A stretch of 64,000 nt of DNA from Escherichia coli (GCF_050320075.1 NZ_CP190018.1), one strand, 5' to 3'; shown: positions 9,737 through 24,458, counted from the stretch's first letter. Made by a program: numbers and translations. The notes: generated by a model not told the origin, from the letters alone.

Positions 9737-12049
9737 ATGCCTCGCCTGTTAACCAAACGCGGCTGCTGGATAACGCTGGCAGCTGCGCCCTTTCTCCTTT
9801 TTCTTGCAGCGTGGGGAGCAGATAAACTCTGGCCTCTACCGCTGCATGAAGTCAATCCCGCACGAGTGGTTGTGGCGCAGGATGGGACGCCGCTCTGGCG
9901 CTTTGCCGATGCGGAAGGCATCTGGCGTTATCCGGTAACAATCGAAGATGTTTCTCCACGTTACCTTGAAGCGCTGATCAATTATGAAGATCGCTGGTTC
10001 TGGAAGCATCCGGGGGTGAATCCATTCTCGGTGGCGCGCGCAGCATGGCAAGATCTCACTTCGGGACGGGTTATTTCCGGTGGCAGCACGCTCACTATGC
10101 AGGTTGCTCGTCTGCTTGATCCTCACCCCAAAACATTTGGCGGCAAAATTCGCCAGCTCTGGCGCGCGTTGCAACTGGAGTGGCATCTGTCTAAGCGTGA
10201 AATTCTGACCTTGTATCTTAACCGTGCCCCGTTTGGCGGTACGTTGCAGGGGATCGGTGCGGCAAGTTGGGCTTATCTCGGAAAATCGCCTACGAATTTA
10301 AGCTATTCCGAGGCGGCAATGCTGGCGGTTTTGCCGCAAGCTCCCAGCCGTCTTCGCCCGGATCGCTGGCCGGAACGTGCCGAAGCCGCGCGTAATAAAG
10401 TGCTCGAACGGATGGCTGCGCAAGGTGTGTGGTCCCGTGAGCAGGTAAAAGAATCAAGGGAAGAACCCATCTGGCTGGCACCCCGACAAATGCCGCAACT
10501 GGCACCGCTGTTTTCGCGCATGATGCTCGGTAAAAGCAAAAGCGACAAAATCGTTACTACGCTGGATGCCGGTCTTCAACGACGTCTGGAAGAACTGGCG
10601 CAAAACTGGAAAGGACGATTACCACCGCGCAGCTCACTGGCGATGATCGTGGTTGATCATACCGATATGCGTGTTCGCGGCTGGGTGGGTTCTGTTGATC
10701 TCAACGATGATTCACGCTTTGGTCATGTTGATATGGTCAATGCGATCCGATCGCCAGGATCGGTGCTCAAACCGTTTGTTTATGGTCTGGCGCTGGATGA
10801 AGGCTTGATCCACCCGGCATCACTGCTGCAAGACGTTCCCCGGCGCACCGGTGATTATCGACCAGGTAACTTTGATAGCGGTTTTCATGGCCCGATCAGC
10901 ATGAGCGAGGCGCTGGTGCGCTCGCTGAATTTACCTGCTGTGCAGGTGCTGGAAGCCTATGGACCGAAACGGTTTGCGGCAAAATTACGCAATGTTGGAT
11001 TGCCGTTGTATCTGCCCAACGGCGCTGCGCCGAATCTTTCGCTCATTCTCGGCGGCGCTGGTGCAAAACTGGAAGATATGGCGGCAGCGTATACCGCGTT
11101 TGCTCGCCACGGCAAGGCAGGTAAATTGCGCTTACAGCCTGACGATCCGCTGCTTGAACGGCCTTTAATGTCGTCGGGGGCTGCGTGGATCATTCGCCGG
11201 ATTATGGCTGATGAAGCGCAACCCTTGCCGGATGGTGCCTTGCCGCGCGTCGCCCCACTGGCATGGAAAACGGGCACCAGCTATGGCTATCGTGATGCCT
11301 GGGCGATTGGGGTTAACGCTCGCTATGTCATTGGGATCTGGACTGGCAGACCGGACGGCACGCCCGTTGTTGGTCAGTTTGGCTTTGCCAGCGCCGTACC
11401 ATTGTTGAATCAGGTTAATAATATCTTACTGTCGCGCAGTGCGAATCTGCCGGAAGACCCACGTCCTGACTCTGTAAGTCGTGGCGTTATCTGCTGGCCG
11501 GGCGGACAGTCTTTGCCGGAAGGTGACGGTAACTGCCGCCGCCGCCTGGCAACCTGGCTGCTGGACGGGAGTCAGCCACCAACTCTATTACTGCCGGAGC
11601 AGGAAGGCATTAATGGCATTCGTTTCCCCATCTGGCTGGATGAAAACGGCAAACGTGTTGCCGCTGATTGCCCTCAGGCGCGACAAGAAATGATAAATGT
11701 CTGGCCGCTACCGCTGGAACCCTGGTTGCCCGCATCAGAACGCCGCGCTGTGCGCTTACCACCGGCCTCGACAATTTGCCCGCCATACGGTCACGATGCA
11801 CAACTCCCACTGCAGCTGACAGGTGTTCGCGATGGCGCGATTATTAAACGTTTACCGGGCGCAGCGGAAGCGACTTTGCCGTTGCAATCAAGTGGAGGGG
11901 CAGGTGAACGCTGGTGGTTTCTGAATGGCGAACCGTTAACTGAACGCGGGCGCAACGTGACCCTGCATTTGATGGATAAGGGCGATTATCAATTGCTGGT
12001 GATGGATGAGGTGGGGCAAATCGCGACAGTGAAATTTGTCATGCAATAG
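9737..12049 (+). CDS. pbpC: penicillin-binding protein 1C (peptidoglycan glycosyltransferase)
   Basis: 770-aa ORF; start overlaps yfhM stop (TAAATG); glycosyltransferase-51 and transpeptidase-like regions (SxxK present). Confidence 0.9.
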   Translation: MPRLLTKRGCWITLAAAPFLLFLAAWGADKLWPLPLHEVNPARVVVAQDGTPLWRFADAEGIWRYPVTIEDVSPRYLEALINYEDRWFWKHPGVNPFSVARAAWQDLTSGRVISGGSTLTMQVARLLDPHPKTFGGKIRQLWRALQLEWHLSKREILTLYLNRAPFGGTLQGIGAASWAYLGKSPTNLSYSEAAMLAVLPQAPSRLRPDRWPERAEAARNKVLERMAAQGVWSREQVKESREEPIWLAPRQMPQLAPLFSRMMLGKSKSDKIVTTLDAGLQRRLEELAQNWKGRLPPRSSLAMIVVDHTDMRVRGWVGSVDLNDDSRFGHVDMVNAIRSPGSVLKPFVYGLALDEGLIHPASLLQDVPRRTGDYRPGNFDSGFHGPISMSEALVRSLNLPAVQVLEAYGPKRFAAKLRNVGLPLYLPNGAAPNLSLILGGAGAKLEDMAAAYTAFARHGKAGKLRLQPDDPLLERPLMSSGAAWIIRRIMADEAQPLPDGALPRVAPLAWKTGTSYGYRDAWAIGVNARYVIGIWTGRPDGTPVVGQFGFASAVPLLNQVNNILLSRSANLPEDPRPDSVSRGVICWPGGQSLPEGDGNCRRRLATWLLDGSQPPTLLLPEQEGINGIRFPIWLDENGKRVAADCPQARQEMINVWPLPLEPWLPASERRAVRLPPASTICPPYGHDAQLPLQLTGVRDGAIIKRLPGAAEATLPLQSSGGAGERWWFLNGEPLTERGRNVTLHLMDKGDYQLLVMDEVGQIATVKFVMQ

Positions 12050-12197
12050 TCTGTTTTGTCCCTGATTGTTGCTTAAACTAGGTTTATTTTAAAAAAATGT
12101 TACCTTCATCAATAGTCAACGGCCCTGTTGCTCATTATAATCCGCGCCATCTCGTACGCTGGTACAGACAACAACAGAACAATTTACAGAGGTAAAA

Positions 12198-12629
12198 ATG
12201 GCTATTGAACGTACTTTTTCCATCATCAAACCGAACGCGGTAGCAAAAAACGTCATAGGTAATATCTTTGCGCGCTTTGAAGCTGCAGGGTTCAAAATTG
12301 TCGGCACCAAAATGCTGCACCTGACCGTTGAACAGGCTCGTGGCTTTTATGCTGAACACGATGGAAAACCGTTCTTTGATGGTCTGGTTGAATTCATGAC
12401 CTCTGGCCCGATCGTGGTTTCCGTGCTGGAGGGTGAAAACGCCGTTCAGCGTCACCGCGATCTGCTGGGCGCGACCAATCCGGCAAACGCACTGGCCGGT
12501 ACTCTGCGTGCTGATTACGCTGACAGCCTGACCGAAAATGGTACCCACGGTTCTGATTCCGTCGAATCTGCCGCTCGCGAAATCGCTTATTTCTTCGGCG
12601 AAGGCGAAGTGTGCCCGCGCACCCGTTAA
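12198..12629 (+). CDS. ndk: nucleoside diphosphate kinase
   Basis: 143-aa [18 protein letters not shown]... with the active-site NGTHGSDS motif. Confidence 0.95.
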
Positions 12630-12778
12630 TAATTTCGTAAATGCCGCGTGCAAACGTGGCATCCGTGCGCCAGAATTTGTACAATGCAGCGCCCCCGGAC
12701 GAGCAGCCGCTCACCGGGGCGTTTCTTTTTTCAACCCTCCAGGGGCCATAACGTGTAATAACGAGGCCGGAATAGCAT

Positions 12779-13933
12779 ATGTCTGAACAATTAGTCACAC
12801 CTGAAAACGTCACCACGAAAGATGGAAAAATCAACCTGCTGGATCTCAACCGTCAGCAGATGCGGGAGTTTTTTAAAGATTTAGGTGAAAAACCCTTCCG
12901 CGCCGATCAGGTGATGAAGTGGATGTATCACTATTGCTGCGACAACTTTGATGAGATGACCGACATCAACAAAGTGTTGCGCGGCAAACTGAAAGAGGTG
13001 GCGGAGATCCGCGCACCGGAAGTGGTTGAAGAACAGCGTTCATCTGACGGCACCATTAAATGGGCAATTGCCGTTGGCGATCAGCGCGTCGAAACGGTGT
13101 ATATCCCGGAAGACGACCGTGCCACGCTCTGCGTCTCTTCGCAGGTGGGGTGTGCGCTGGAGTGTAAATTCTGTTCCACCGCCCAGCAGGGCTTTAACCG
13201 CAACCTGCGGGTATCGGAAATTATCGGCCAGGTGTGGCGTGCAGCGAAAATCGTCGGCGCAGCAAAAGTCACCGGTCAGCGTCCAATCACTAACGTAGTG
13301 ATGATGGGCATGGGCGAGCCGCTGCTCAACCTGAACAATGTCGTTCCGGCGATGGAAATCATGCTTGATGATTTCGGTTTTGGCCTGTCTAAACGTCGCG
13401 TGACGCTTTCCACTTCCGGTGTAGTTCCGGCGCTGGATAAACTGGGCGATATGATCGACGTTGCACTGGCAATTTCCCTGCACGCGCCGAACGACGAAAT
13501 TCGTGACGAAATTGTGCCGATCAACAAAAAGTACAATATCGAAACGTTCCTTGCTGCGGTACGCCGTTATCTGGAGAAATCCAACGCCAATCAGGGCCGA
13601 GTCACTATTGAATACGTGATGCTTGACCACGTTAACGACGGCACTGAACACGCGCACCAACTGGCGGAGCTACTGAAAGATACGCCGTGTAAGATCAACC
13701 TGATCCCGTGGAACCCGTTCCCTGGCGCGCCGTATGGACGCAGTTCGAACAGCCGTATCGACCGTTTCTCAAAAGTGCTGATGAGCTACGGTTTCACCAC
13801 TATTGTGCGTAAAACTCGTGGTGATGATATCGATGCTGCCTGTGGTCAGTTGGCGGGCGATGTTATCGACCGTACGAAACGTACCCTGCGTAAACGGATG
13901 CAGGGTGAAGCCATCGATATTAAAGCGGTCTGA
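12779..13933 (+). CDS. rlmN: dual-specificity rRNA/tRNA adenine C2 methyltransferase (radical SAM)
   Basis: 384-aa ORF with radical-SAM cysteine motif [10 protein letters not shown]. Confidence 0.95.
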
Positions 13934-13937
13934 TAGC

Positions 13938-13978
13938 CATTACGCCACGGTTACTTTATGTACCGTGGCGTAATCTTT
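13938..13978 (+). terminator. intrinsic terminator after rlmN
   Basis: Hairpin attacgccacggt...accgtggcgtaat followed by a T-rich tract. Confidence 0.5.
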
Positions 13979-14217
13979 TATGAATGAAGTATTAAGTTGC
14001 AATTGTCTGGTCAATATTAACGGTGCGTTTTTGCTGACTTTAAGGCAGTATGTAACGATGCAACAGTAAGTTAGCCTTAGTGAATGTGGGCTTTGTCACG
14101 AGCACACAGACGGTCTTATACTGTATGATAACGGTTAACTTAACGGATGTTTCGCGGTGTGGGTGAGCATGATGGTTCACCGGCATCTCAATTCTCATTT
14201 AAACGTACCTGCAGCGA

Positions 14218-15231
14218 ATGAATACTGAAGCCACGCACGACCAAAATGAAGCACTTACTACCGGCGCTCGCCTGCGTAATGCTCGCGAACAACTAGGACT
14301 TAGTCAGCAGGCCGTTGCCGAGCGACTTTGCCTGAAGGTTTCCACGGTACGCGACATTGAAGAAGATAAGGCACCCGCCGATCTTGCTTCAACATTCCTG
14401 CGCGGATATATCCGCTCTTATGCGCGTCTGGTACATATTCCAGAAGAAGAACTGCTGCCAGGGCTGGAAAAGCAGGCTCCACTTCGGGCTGCAAAAGTTG
14501 CGCCGATGCAGAGTTTTTCCCTCGGTAAACGCCGCAAAAAACGCGACGGCTGGCTGATGACCTTCACCTGGCTGGTGTTGTTTGTGGTTATCGGCCTGAG
14601 CGGTGCCTGGTGGTGGCAAGACCACAAAGCTCAGCAGGAAGAGATCACCACTATGGCCGATCAATCTTCGGCGGAATTGAGCAGTAATAGCGAGCAGGGG
14701 CAGAGTGTTCCGTTAAATACGTCGACAACTACAGACCCGGCTACAACGTCCACGCCGCCAGCGTCTGTGGATACTACCGCAACCAACACGCAAACACCTG
14801 CCGTAACTGCGCCAGCACCAGCTGTTGATCCGCAACAGAATGCGGTTGTTTCGCCTTCGCAGGCAAATGTTGATACCGCCGCGACCCCGGCACCAACGGC
14901 AACAACAACGCCAGATGGTGCTGCGCCGTTGCCAACCGATCAGGCTGGCGTGACCACGCCGGCGGCTGATCCGAATGCGCTGGTGATGAACTTTACTGCC
15001 GATTGCTGGCTGGAGGTCACTGATGCTACCGGTAAAAAACTGTTTAGCGGGATGCAGCGTAAAGACGGTAATTTGAATTTAACCGGCCAGGCACCGTATA
15101 AACTGAAAATTGGTGCGCCAGCCGCAGTACAGATCCAGTATCAAGGGAAACCTGTCGATCTGAGTCGTTTTATCAGAACTAACCAGGTTGCGCGTCTGAC
15201 CCTCAATGCCGAACAATCACCGGCGCAGTAA
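14218..15231 (+). CDS. rodZ: cytoskeleton protein RodZ
   Basis: 337-aa ORF with N-terminal HTH, one transmembrane segment and a Pro/Thr/Ala-rich periplasmic linker. Confidence 0.9.
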   Translation: MNTEATHDQNEALTTGARLRNAREQLGLSQQAVAERLCLKVSTVRDIEEDKAPADLASTFLRGYIRSYARLVHIPEEELLPGLEKQAPLRAAKVAPMQSFSLGKRRKKRDGWLMTFTWLVLFVVIGLSGAWWWQDHKAQQEEITTMADQSSAELSSNSEQGQSVPLNTSTTTDPATTSTPPASVDTTATNTQTPAVTAPAPAVDPQQNAVVSPSQANVDTAATPAPTATTTPDGAAPLPTDQAGVTTPAADPNALVMNFTADCWLEVTDATGKKLFSGMQRKDGNLNLTGQAPYKLKIGAPAAVQIQYQGKPVDLSRFIRTNQVARLTLNAEQSPAQ

Positions 15232-15257
15232 CAGACGGGTAACGCGGGAGATTTTTC

Positions 15258-16376
15258 ATGCATAACCAGGCTCCAATTCAACGTAGAAAATCAACACGTA
15301 TTTACGTTGGGAATGTGCCGATTGGCGATGGTGCTCCCATCGCCGTACAGTCCATGACCAATACGCGTACGACAGACGTCGAAGCAACGGTCAATCAAAT
15401 CAAGGCGTTGGAACGTGTTGGCGCTGATATCGTCCGTGTCTCAGTACCGACGATGGACGCGGCAGAAGCGTTCAAACTCATCAAACAGCAGGTTAACGTG
15501 CCGCTGGTGGCTGACATCCACTTCGACTATCGCATTGCGCTGAAAGTAGCGGAATACGGCGTCGATTGTCTGCGTATTAACCCTGGCAATATCGGTAATG
15601 AAGAGCGTATTCGCATGGTGGTTGACTGTGCGCGCGATAAAAACATTCCGATCCGTATTGGCGTTAACGCCGGATCGCTGGAAAAAGATCTGCAAGAAAA
15701 GTATGGCGAACCGACGCCGCAGGCGTTGCTGGAATCCGCCATGCGTCATGTTGATCATCTCGATCGCTTGAACTTCGAACAGTTCAAAGTCAGCGTGAAA
15801 GCGTCAGACGTCTTCCTCGCTGTTGAGTCTTATCGTTTGCTGGCAAAACAGATCGATCAGCCGCTGCATCTGGGGATCACCGAAGCGGGTGGTGCGCGCA
15901 GCGGGGCGGTTAAATCCGCCATTGGTTTAGGTCTGCTGCTGTCTGAAGGCATTGGCGACACGCTGCGCGTATCGCTGGCGGCCGATCCGGTTGAAGAGAT
16001 CAAAGTCGGTTTCGATATTTTGAAATCGCTGCGTATCCGTTCGCGCGGGATCAACTTCATCGCCTGTCCAACCTGTTCGCGTCAGGAGTTTGATGTTATC
16101 GGTACGGTTAACGCGCTGGAGCAACGCCTGGAAGATATCATCACTCCGATGGACGTTTCGATTATCGGCTGTGTGGTGAATGGCCCAGGTGAGGCGCTGG
16201 TTTCTACACTCGGCGTCACCGGCGGTAACAAGAAAAGCGGCCTCTATGAAGATGGCGTGCGCAAAGACCGTCTGGACAACAACGATATGATCGACCAGCT
16301 GGAAGCGCGCATTCGTGCGAAAGCCAGTCAGCTGGACGAAGCGCGTCGAATTGACGTTCAGCAGGTTGAAAAATAA
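15258..16376 (+). CDS. ispG: 4-hydroxy-3-methylbut-2-enyl diphosphate synthase
   Basis: 372-aa [26 protein letters not shown]...; C-terminal Fe-S cysteines CPTCSR. Confidence 0.95.
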   Translation: MHNQAPIQRRKSTRIYVGNVPIGDGAPIAVQSMTNTRTTDVEATVNQIKALERVGADIVRVSVPTMDAAEAFKLIKQQVNVPLVADIHFDYRIALKVAEYGVDCLRINPGNIGNEERIRMVVDCARDKNIPIRIGVNAGSLEKDLQEKYGEPTPQALLESAMRHVDHLDRLNFEQFKVSVKASDVFLAVESYRLLAKQIDQPLHLGITEAGGARSGAVKSAIGLGLLLSEGIGDTLRVSLAADPVEEIKVGFDILKSLRIRSRGINFIACPTCSRQEFDVIGTVNALEQRLEDIITPMDVSIIGCVVNGPGEALVSTLGVTGGNKKSGLYEDGVRKDRLDNNDMIDQLEARIRAKASQLDEARRIDVQQVEK

Positions 16377-16486
16377 TAACGTGATGGGAAGCGCCTCGCT
16401 TCCCGTGTATGATTGAACCCGCATGGCTCCCGAAACATTGAGGGAAGCGTTGAGGGTTCATTTTTATATTCAGAAAGAGAATAAAC

Positions 16487-17761
16487 GTGGCAAAAAACAT
16501 TCAAGCCATTCGCGGCATGAACGATTACCTGCCTGGCGAAACGGCCATCTGGCAGCGCATTGAAGGCACACTGAAAAACGTGCTCGGCAGCTACGGTTAC
16601 AGTGAAATCCGCTTGCCGATTGTAGAGCAGACCCCGCTATTCAAACGTGCGATTGGTGAAGTCACCGACGTGGTTGAAAAAGAGATGTACACCTTTGAGG
16701 ATCGCAATGGCGACAGCCTGACTCTGCGCCCTGAAGGGACGGCGGGCTGTGTACGCGCCGGCATCGAGCATGGTCTTCTGTACAATCAGGAACAGCGTCT
16801 GTGGTATATCGGGCCGATGTTCCGTCACGAGCGTCCGCAGAAAGGGCGTTATCGTCAGTTCCATCAGTTGGGCTGCGAAGTTTTCGGTCTGCAAGGTCCG
16901 GATATCGACGCTGAACTGATTATGCTCACTGCCCGCTGGTGGCGCGCGCTGGGTATTTCCGAGCACGTAACACTTGAGCTGAACTCTATCGGTTCGCTGG
17001 AAGCTCGTGCAAATTACCGCGATGCGCTGGTGGCATTCCTTGAGCAGCATAAAGAAAAGCTGGACGAAGACTGCAAACGCCGCATGTACACTAACCCGCT
17101 GCGCGTGCTGGATTCAAAAAATCCGGAAGTGCAGGCGCTTCTCAACGACGCTCCGGCATTAGGCGATTATCTGGACGAGGAATCTCGTGAGCATTTTGCC
17201 GGTCTGTGCAAACTGCTTGAGAGCGCGGGGATCGCTTACACCGTCAACCAGCGTCTGGTGCGTGGCCTGGATTACTATAACTGTACCGTTTTCGAGTGGG
17301 TGACTAACAGCCTCGGTTCCCAGGGCACCGTGTGTGCAGGCGGTCGTTATGACGGTCTGGTGGAACAACTGGGTGGTCGTGCTACACCGGCTGTCGGTTT
17401 TGCGATGGGCCTCGAACGTCTTGTATTGTTAGTTCAGGCCGTTAATCCGGAATTTAAGGCCGATCCTGTTGTCGATATATACCTGGTGGCTTCAGGTGCT
17501 GATACACAATCTGCGGCTATGGCATTAGCAGAGCGTCTGCGTGATGAATTACCGGGCGTGAAATTGATGACCAACCACGGCGGCGGCAACTTTAAGAAAC
17601 AGTTTGCCCGTGCTGATAAATGGGGTGCCCGCGTTGCTGTGGTGCTGGGTGAGTCTGAAGTGGCTAACGGCACAGCAGTAGTGAAGGATTTGCGCTCTGG
17701 TGAGCAAACGGCAGTTGCGCAGGATAGCGTAGCCGCGCATTTGCGCACGTTACTGGGTTAA
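16487..17761 (+). CDS. hisS: histidine--tRNA ligase
   Basis: 424-aa ORF starting at GTG ([16 protein letters not shown]); class II aaRS motifs. Confidence 0.95.
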   Translation: MAKNIQAIRGMNDYLPGETAIWQRIEGTLKNVLGSYGYSEIRLPIVEQTPLFKRAIGEVTDVVEKEMYTFEDRNGDSLTLRPEGTAGCVRAGIEHGLLYNQEQRLWYIGPMFRHERPQKGRYRQFHQLGCEVFGLQGPDIDAELIMLTARWWRALGISEHVTLELNSIGSLEARANYRDALVAFLEQHKEKLDEDCKRRMYTNPLRVLDSKNPEVQALLNDAPALGDYLDEESREHFAGLCKLLESAGIAYTVNQRLVRGLDYYNCTVFEWVTNSLGSQGTVCAGGRYDGLVEQLGGRATPAVGFAMGLERLVLLVQAVNPEFKADPVVDIYLVASGADTQSAAMALAERLRDELPGVKLMTNHGGGNFKKQFARADKWGARVAVVLGESEVANGTAVVKDLRSGEQTAVAQDSVAAHLRTLLG

Positions 17762-17778
17762 GGAAGGAGAAGGACAGC

Positions 17779-18399
17779 GTGGAAATTTACGAGAACGAAA
17801 ACGACCAGGTAGAAGCGGTTAAACGCTTTTTTGCTGAAAATGGCAAAGCACTGGCTGTTGGGGTGATTTTGGGCGTTGGCGCACTAATTGGCTGGCGCTA
17901 CTGGAACAGCCATCAGGTTGATTCTGCACGCTCCGCTTCTCTTGCCTATCAAAATGCGGTTACCGCAGTGAGCGAAGGCAAACCGGATAGCATTCCGGCG
18001 GCGGAAAAATTTGCTGCTGAAAATAAAAATACTTATGGTGCGCTGGCTTCTTTGGAACTTGCGCAGCAATTTGTTGACAAAAATGAACTAGAGAAAGCTG
18101 CCGCCCAGTTACAACAGGGGCTGGCAGACACGAGCGATGAAAATCTCAAAGCCGTGATAAATCTGCGTCTTGCTCGCGTTCAGGTTCAGCTCAAGCAGGC
18201 TGATGCCGCGCTGAAAACCCTTGATACCATCAAAGGTGAAGGGTGGGCTGCCATTGTTGCCGACCTGCGTGGTGAAGCATTGCTGAGCAAAGGTGATAAG
18301 CAAGGTGCGCGTAGTGCATGGGAAGCAGGCGTGAAAAGCGATGTTACCCCGGCACTGAGCGAAATGATGCAGATGAAAATTAATAATTTGTCCATCTGA
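17779..18399 (+). CDS. yfgM: ancillary SecYEG translocon subunit YfgM
   Basis: 206-aa ORF with one N-terminal transmembrane helix, located between hisS and bamB. Confidence 0.85.
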   Translation: MEIYENENDQVEAVKRFFAENGKALAVGVILGVGALIGWRYWNSHQVDSARSASLAYQNAVTAVSEGKPDSIPAAEKFAAENKNTYGALASLELAQQFVDKNELEKAAAQLQQGLADTSDENLKAVINLRLARVQVQLKQADAALKTLDTIKGEGWAAIVADLRGEALLSKGDKQGARSAWEAGVKSDVTPALSEMMQMKINNLSI

Positions 18400-18409
18400 G
18401 AGGGACCCG

Positions 18410-19588
18410 ATGCAATTGCGTAAATTACTGCTGCCAGGACTGCTTTCCGTTACCCTTTTAAGCGGCTGTTCGCTGTTTAACAGCGAAGAAGATGTGGTAA
18501 AGATGTCCCCATTGCCGACCGTTGAAAACCAGTTTACGCCGACCACGGCGTGGAGCACTTCCGTTGGTAGCGGCATTGGCAACTTCTATTCCAATCTTCA
18601 TCCGGCACTGGCGGACAACGTTGTCTATGCAGCGGACCGCGCTGGTTTAGTAAAAGCGCTGAATGCGGATGATGGCAAAGAAATCTGGTCTGTCAGCCTG
18701 GCCGAGAAAGATGGCTGGTTCTCTAAAGAGCCTGCATTACTTTCTGGCGGTGTGACCGTGTCTGGTGGGCATGTCTACATTGGCAGCGAAAAGGCGCAGG
18801 TTTACGCGCTGAATACCAGCGATGGTACTGTGGCATGGCAAACTAAAGTCGCGGGTGAAGCACTTTCGCGTCCGGTGGTCAGCGACGGTCTGGTGTTAAT
18901 CCACACCAGTAACGGTCAGTTACAAGCGCTGAACGAAGCTGACGGCGCTGTCAAATGGACAGTTAACCTCGATATGCCTTCGCTCTCTTTGCGTGGCGAG
19001 TCTGCGCCGGCAACGGCTTTTGGTGCGGCCGTCGTGGGTGGCGATAATGGTCGCGTCAGCGCAGTGCTGATGGAACAGGGCCAGATGATTTGGCAGCAGC
19101 GTATTTCCCAGGCGACCGGTTCTACCGAAATTGACCGTCTGAGCGATGTTGACACGACTCCCGTCGTTGTTAACGGCGTTGTTTTCGCGCTGGCCTATAA
19201 TGGTAACCTGACGGCGCTTGATCTGCGCAGTGGTCAGATTATGTGGAAACGCGAACTGGGTTCGGTGAATGATTTCATCGTCGACGGCAATCGCATCTAT
19301 CTGGTCGATCAAAATGACCGGGTGATGGCGTTGACCATTGATGGCGGCGTTACGCTGTGGACACAAAGCGATCTGTTGCATCGCCTGCTGACTTCTCCGG
19401 TGCTGTATAATGGCAACCTGGTGGTAGGTGACAGCGAAGGTTATCTGCACTGGATTAACGTCGAAGATGGTCGTTTCGTTGCCCAGCAAAAAGTTGATAG
19501 TTCCGGTTTCCAGACTGAACCGGTTGCCGCTGATGGCAAACTGCTGATCCAGGCAAAAGACGGAACCGTGTACTCTATTACACGTTAA
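18410..19588 (+). CDS. bamB: outer membrane protein assembly factor BamB
   Basis: 392-aa ORF with lipoprotein signal LLSGCSLF and beta-propeller repeats. Confidence 0.9.
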   Translation: MQLRKLLLPGLLSVTLLSGCSLFNSEEDVVKMSPLPTVENQFTPTTAWSTSVGSGIGNFYSNLHPALADNVVYAADRAGLVKALNADDGKEIWSVSLAEKDGWFSKEPALLSGGVTVSGGHVYIGSEKAQVYALNTSDGTVAWQTKVAGEALSRPVVSDGLVLIHTSNGQLQALNEADGAVKWTVNLDMPSLSLRGESAPATAFGAAVVGGDNGRVSAVLMEQGQMIWQQRISQATGSTEIDRLSDVDTTPVVVNGVVFALAYNGNLTALDLRSGQIMWKRELGSVNDFIVDGNRIYLVDQNDRVMALTIDGGVTLWTQSDLLHRLLTSPVLYNGNLVVGDSEGYLHWINVEDGRFVAQQKVDSSGFQTEPVAADGKLLIQAKDGTVYSITR

Positions 19589-19609
19589 TCGTCTCTGTCG
19601 TTCACTTTG

Positions 19610-19650
19610 AAAACGGCTCCTGGACAGGGGCCGTTTTCCTGTTTTTAACA
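19610..19650 (+). terminator. intrinsic terminator after bamB
   Basis: Hairpin aaaacggctcc...ggggccgtttt followed by a T-run. Confidence 0.5.
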
Positions 19651-19705
19651 ACGACACGAATATAGCGTGCGTTGTCTGATGATTTATAAAAATGAGGCTT
19701 TAAAC

Positions 19706-21178
19706 ATGGTACCTGTGGTCGCGCTTGTCGGGCGCCCTAACGTAGGAAAATCCACGTTATTTAACCGTCTAACTCGCACCCGAGATGCGCTGGTTGCGGA
19801 TTTCCCGGGTCTGACTCGTGACCGTAAGTACGGTCGTGCAGAAATTGAAGGCCGCGAGTTTATTTGTATTGATACTGGTGGGATTGATGGCACCGAAGAC
19901 GGTGTAGAGACACGTATGGCGGAACAGTCGCTGCTGGCGATTGAAGAAGCGGACGTCGTACTGTTTATGGTGGATGCGCGCGCGGGCCTGATGCCGGCGG
20001 ATGAAGCGATTGCCAAACATCTGCGCTCCCGTGAAAAACCGACCTTCCTGGTGGCAAACAAAACTGACGGTCTGGATCCCGATCAGGCGGTGGTTGATTT
20101 CTACTCGCTTGGTTTAGGGGAAATCTACCCGATCGCCGCGTCTCACGGTCGTGGCGTATTAAGTCTGCTGGAGCACGTGCTGCTGCCGTGGATGGAAGAT
20201 CTCGCACCGCAAGAAGAAGTCGACGAAGACGCCGAATACTGGGCGCAATTTGAAGCGGAAGAGAACGGCGAAGAAGAAGAGGAAGACGACTTCGACCCGC
20301 AAAGTCTGCCGATCAAACTGGCGATTGTGGGTCGTCCGAACGTAGGTAAGTCTACACTCACTAACCGTATTCTTGGTGAAGAGCGCGTTGTTGTTTATGA
20401 TATGCCTGGTACGACGCGTGACAGTATCTACATTCCAATGGAACGCGATGGACGTGAGTATGTGCTCATTGACACCGCTGGCGTACGTAAACGCGGCAAA
20501 ATCACCGATGCTGTAGAGAAATTCTCGGTAATCAAAACGTTGCAGGCCATTGAAGATGCCAACGTGGTGATGTTAGTGATTGATGCGCGCGAAGGTATTT
20601 CCGATCAGGATCTCTCCCTGCTGGGCTTTATTCTCAATAGTGGGCGCTCACTTGTCATTGTGGTGAATAAGTGGGATGGCCTGAGCCAGGAAGTGAAAGA
20701 GCAGGTGAAAGAAACGCTGGACTTCCGTCTGGGCTTTATCGATTTTGCTCGTGTGCATTTTATCTCAGCCTTGCACGGCAGTGGTGTTGGTAATCTGTTT
20801 GAATCAGTACGTGAAGCGTATGACAGCTCCACCCGTCGTGTGGGGACCTCTATGCTGACGCGCATCATGACGATGGCTGTTGAAGATCACCAACCGCCGT
20901 TGGTACGCGGTCGTCGTGTGAAGCTGAAATATGCCCACGCCGGTGGTTATAACCCGCCGATTGTGGTGATTCACGGTAATCAGGTGAAAGACCTGCCTGA
21001 TTCCTACAAGCGTTACTTGATGAACTACTTCCGCAAATCGCTGGACGTAATGGGATCGCCGATTCGTATTCAGTTCAAAGAAGGGGAAAACCCGTATGCG
21101 AACAAGCGTAACACCCTGACGCCAACCCAGATGCGTAAACGTAAGCGTCTGATGAAGCACATCAAGAAAAATAAATAA
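19706..21178 (+). CDS. der: ribosome-associated GTPase Der (EngA), tandem GTPase domains
   Basis: ORF 19667-21178; start placed at ATG 19706 ([17 protein letters not shown]); two G-domains each with GRPNVGKS P-loop. Confidence 0.9.
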
Positions 21179-21247
21179 TTATCCGTAAGTATTTTATCTG
21201 CCATTCCCTCTATGAATGTAGAGGGAATGGCTACCGGAGAAATTCAT

Positions 21248-22860
<1,613 letters not shown>

Positions 22861-22991
22861 TTATTCAGTCGATAGTAACCCGCCCTCCGGGGATAGCAAG
22901 CATTTTTTGCAAAAAGGGGTAGATGCAATCGGTTACGCTCTGTATAATGCCGCGGCAATATTTATTAACCACTCTGGTCGAGATATTGCCC

Positions 22992-24458
22992 ATGCTACGT
23001 ATCGCTAAAGAAGCTCTGACGTTTGACGACGTTCTCCTCGTTCCTGCTCATTCTACCGTTCTGCCGAATACTGCTGACCTCAGCACCCAGCTGACGAAAA
23101 CTATTCGTCTGAATATCCCTATGCTTTCCGCAGCAATGGATACCGTAACGGAAGCGCGCCTGGCTATTGCTCTGGCTCAGGAAGGCGGTATCGGCTTTAT
23201 CCACAAAAACATGTCCATTGAACGCCAGGCAGAAGAAGTTCGCCGTGTGAAAAAACACGAATCTGGCGTGGTAACTGATCCGCAGACCGTGCTGCCGACA
23301 ACCACCCTGCGTGAAGTGAAAGAACTGACCGAGCGTAACGGCTTTGCGGGCTACCCGGTGGTTACCGAAGAAAACGAACTGGTCGGCATCATCACCGGTC
23401 GTGACGTGCGTTTTGTGACCGATCTGAATCAACCGGTTAGCGTTTACATGACGCCGAAAGAGCGTCTGGTAACCGTGCGTGAAGGCGAAGCCCGTGAAGT
23501 GGTGCTGGCAAAAATGCACGAAAAACGCGTTGAAAAGGCGCTGGTGGTTGATGACGAATTCCACCTGATCGGCATGATCACCGTGAAAGACTTCCAGAAA
23601 GCGGAACGTAAACCGAACGCCTGTAAAGACGAGCAAGGCCGTCTGCGTGTTGGTGCAGCGGTTGGCGCGGGTGCGGGTAACGAAGAGCGTGTTGACGCGC
23701 TGGTTGCCGCAGGCGTTGACGTTCTGCTGATCGACTCCTCTCACGGTCACTCAGAAGGCGTTCTGCAACGTATCCGTGAAACCCGTGCTAAATATCCTGA
23801 TCTGCAAATCATCGGCGGCAACGTGGCAACAGCTGCAGGTGCACGCGCTCTGGCAGAAGCTGGTTGCAGCGCGGTTAAAGTCGGTATCGGCCCAGGCTCT
23901 ATCTGTACGACTCGTATCGTGACTGGCGTCGGTGTTCCACAGATCACCGCCGTTGCTGATGCAGTAGAAGCCCTGGAAGGCACCGGTATTCCGGTTATCG
24001 CTGACGGCGGTATCCGTTTCTCAGGCGATATCGCCAAAGCTATCGCCGCTGGCGCAAGCGCGGTAATGGTGGGTTCCATGCTGGCGGGTACTGAAGAATC
24101 TCCGGGTGAAATCGAACTCTACCAGGGCCGTTCTTACAAATCTTACCGTGGGATGGGTTCCCTGGGCGCGATGTCCAAAGGTTCTTCTGACCGTTACTTC
24201 CAGAGCGACAACGCTGCCGACAAACTGGTGCCGGAAGGTATCGAAGGTCGCGTAGCCTATAAAGGTCGCCTGAAAGAGATCATTCACCAGCAGATGGGCG
24301 GCCTGCGCTCCTGTATGGGGCTGACCGGCTGTGGTACTATCGACGAACTGCGTACTAAAGCGGAGTTTGTACGTATCAGCGGTGCGGGCATTCAGGAAAG
24401 CCACGTTCACGACGTGACCATTACTAAAGAGTCCCCGAACTACCGTCTGGGCTCCTGA
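22992..24458 (+). CDS. guaB: IMP dehydrogenase
   Basis: ORF 22923-24458; start placed at ATG 22992 ([21 protein letters not shown]); CBS pair and catalytic loop [11 protein letters not shown]. Confidence 0.95.
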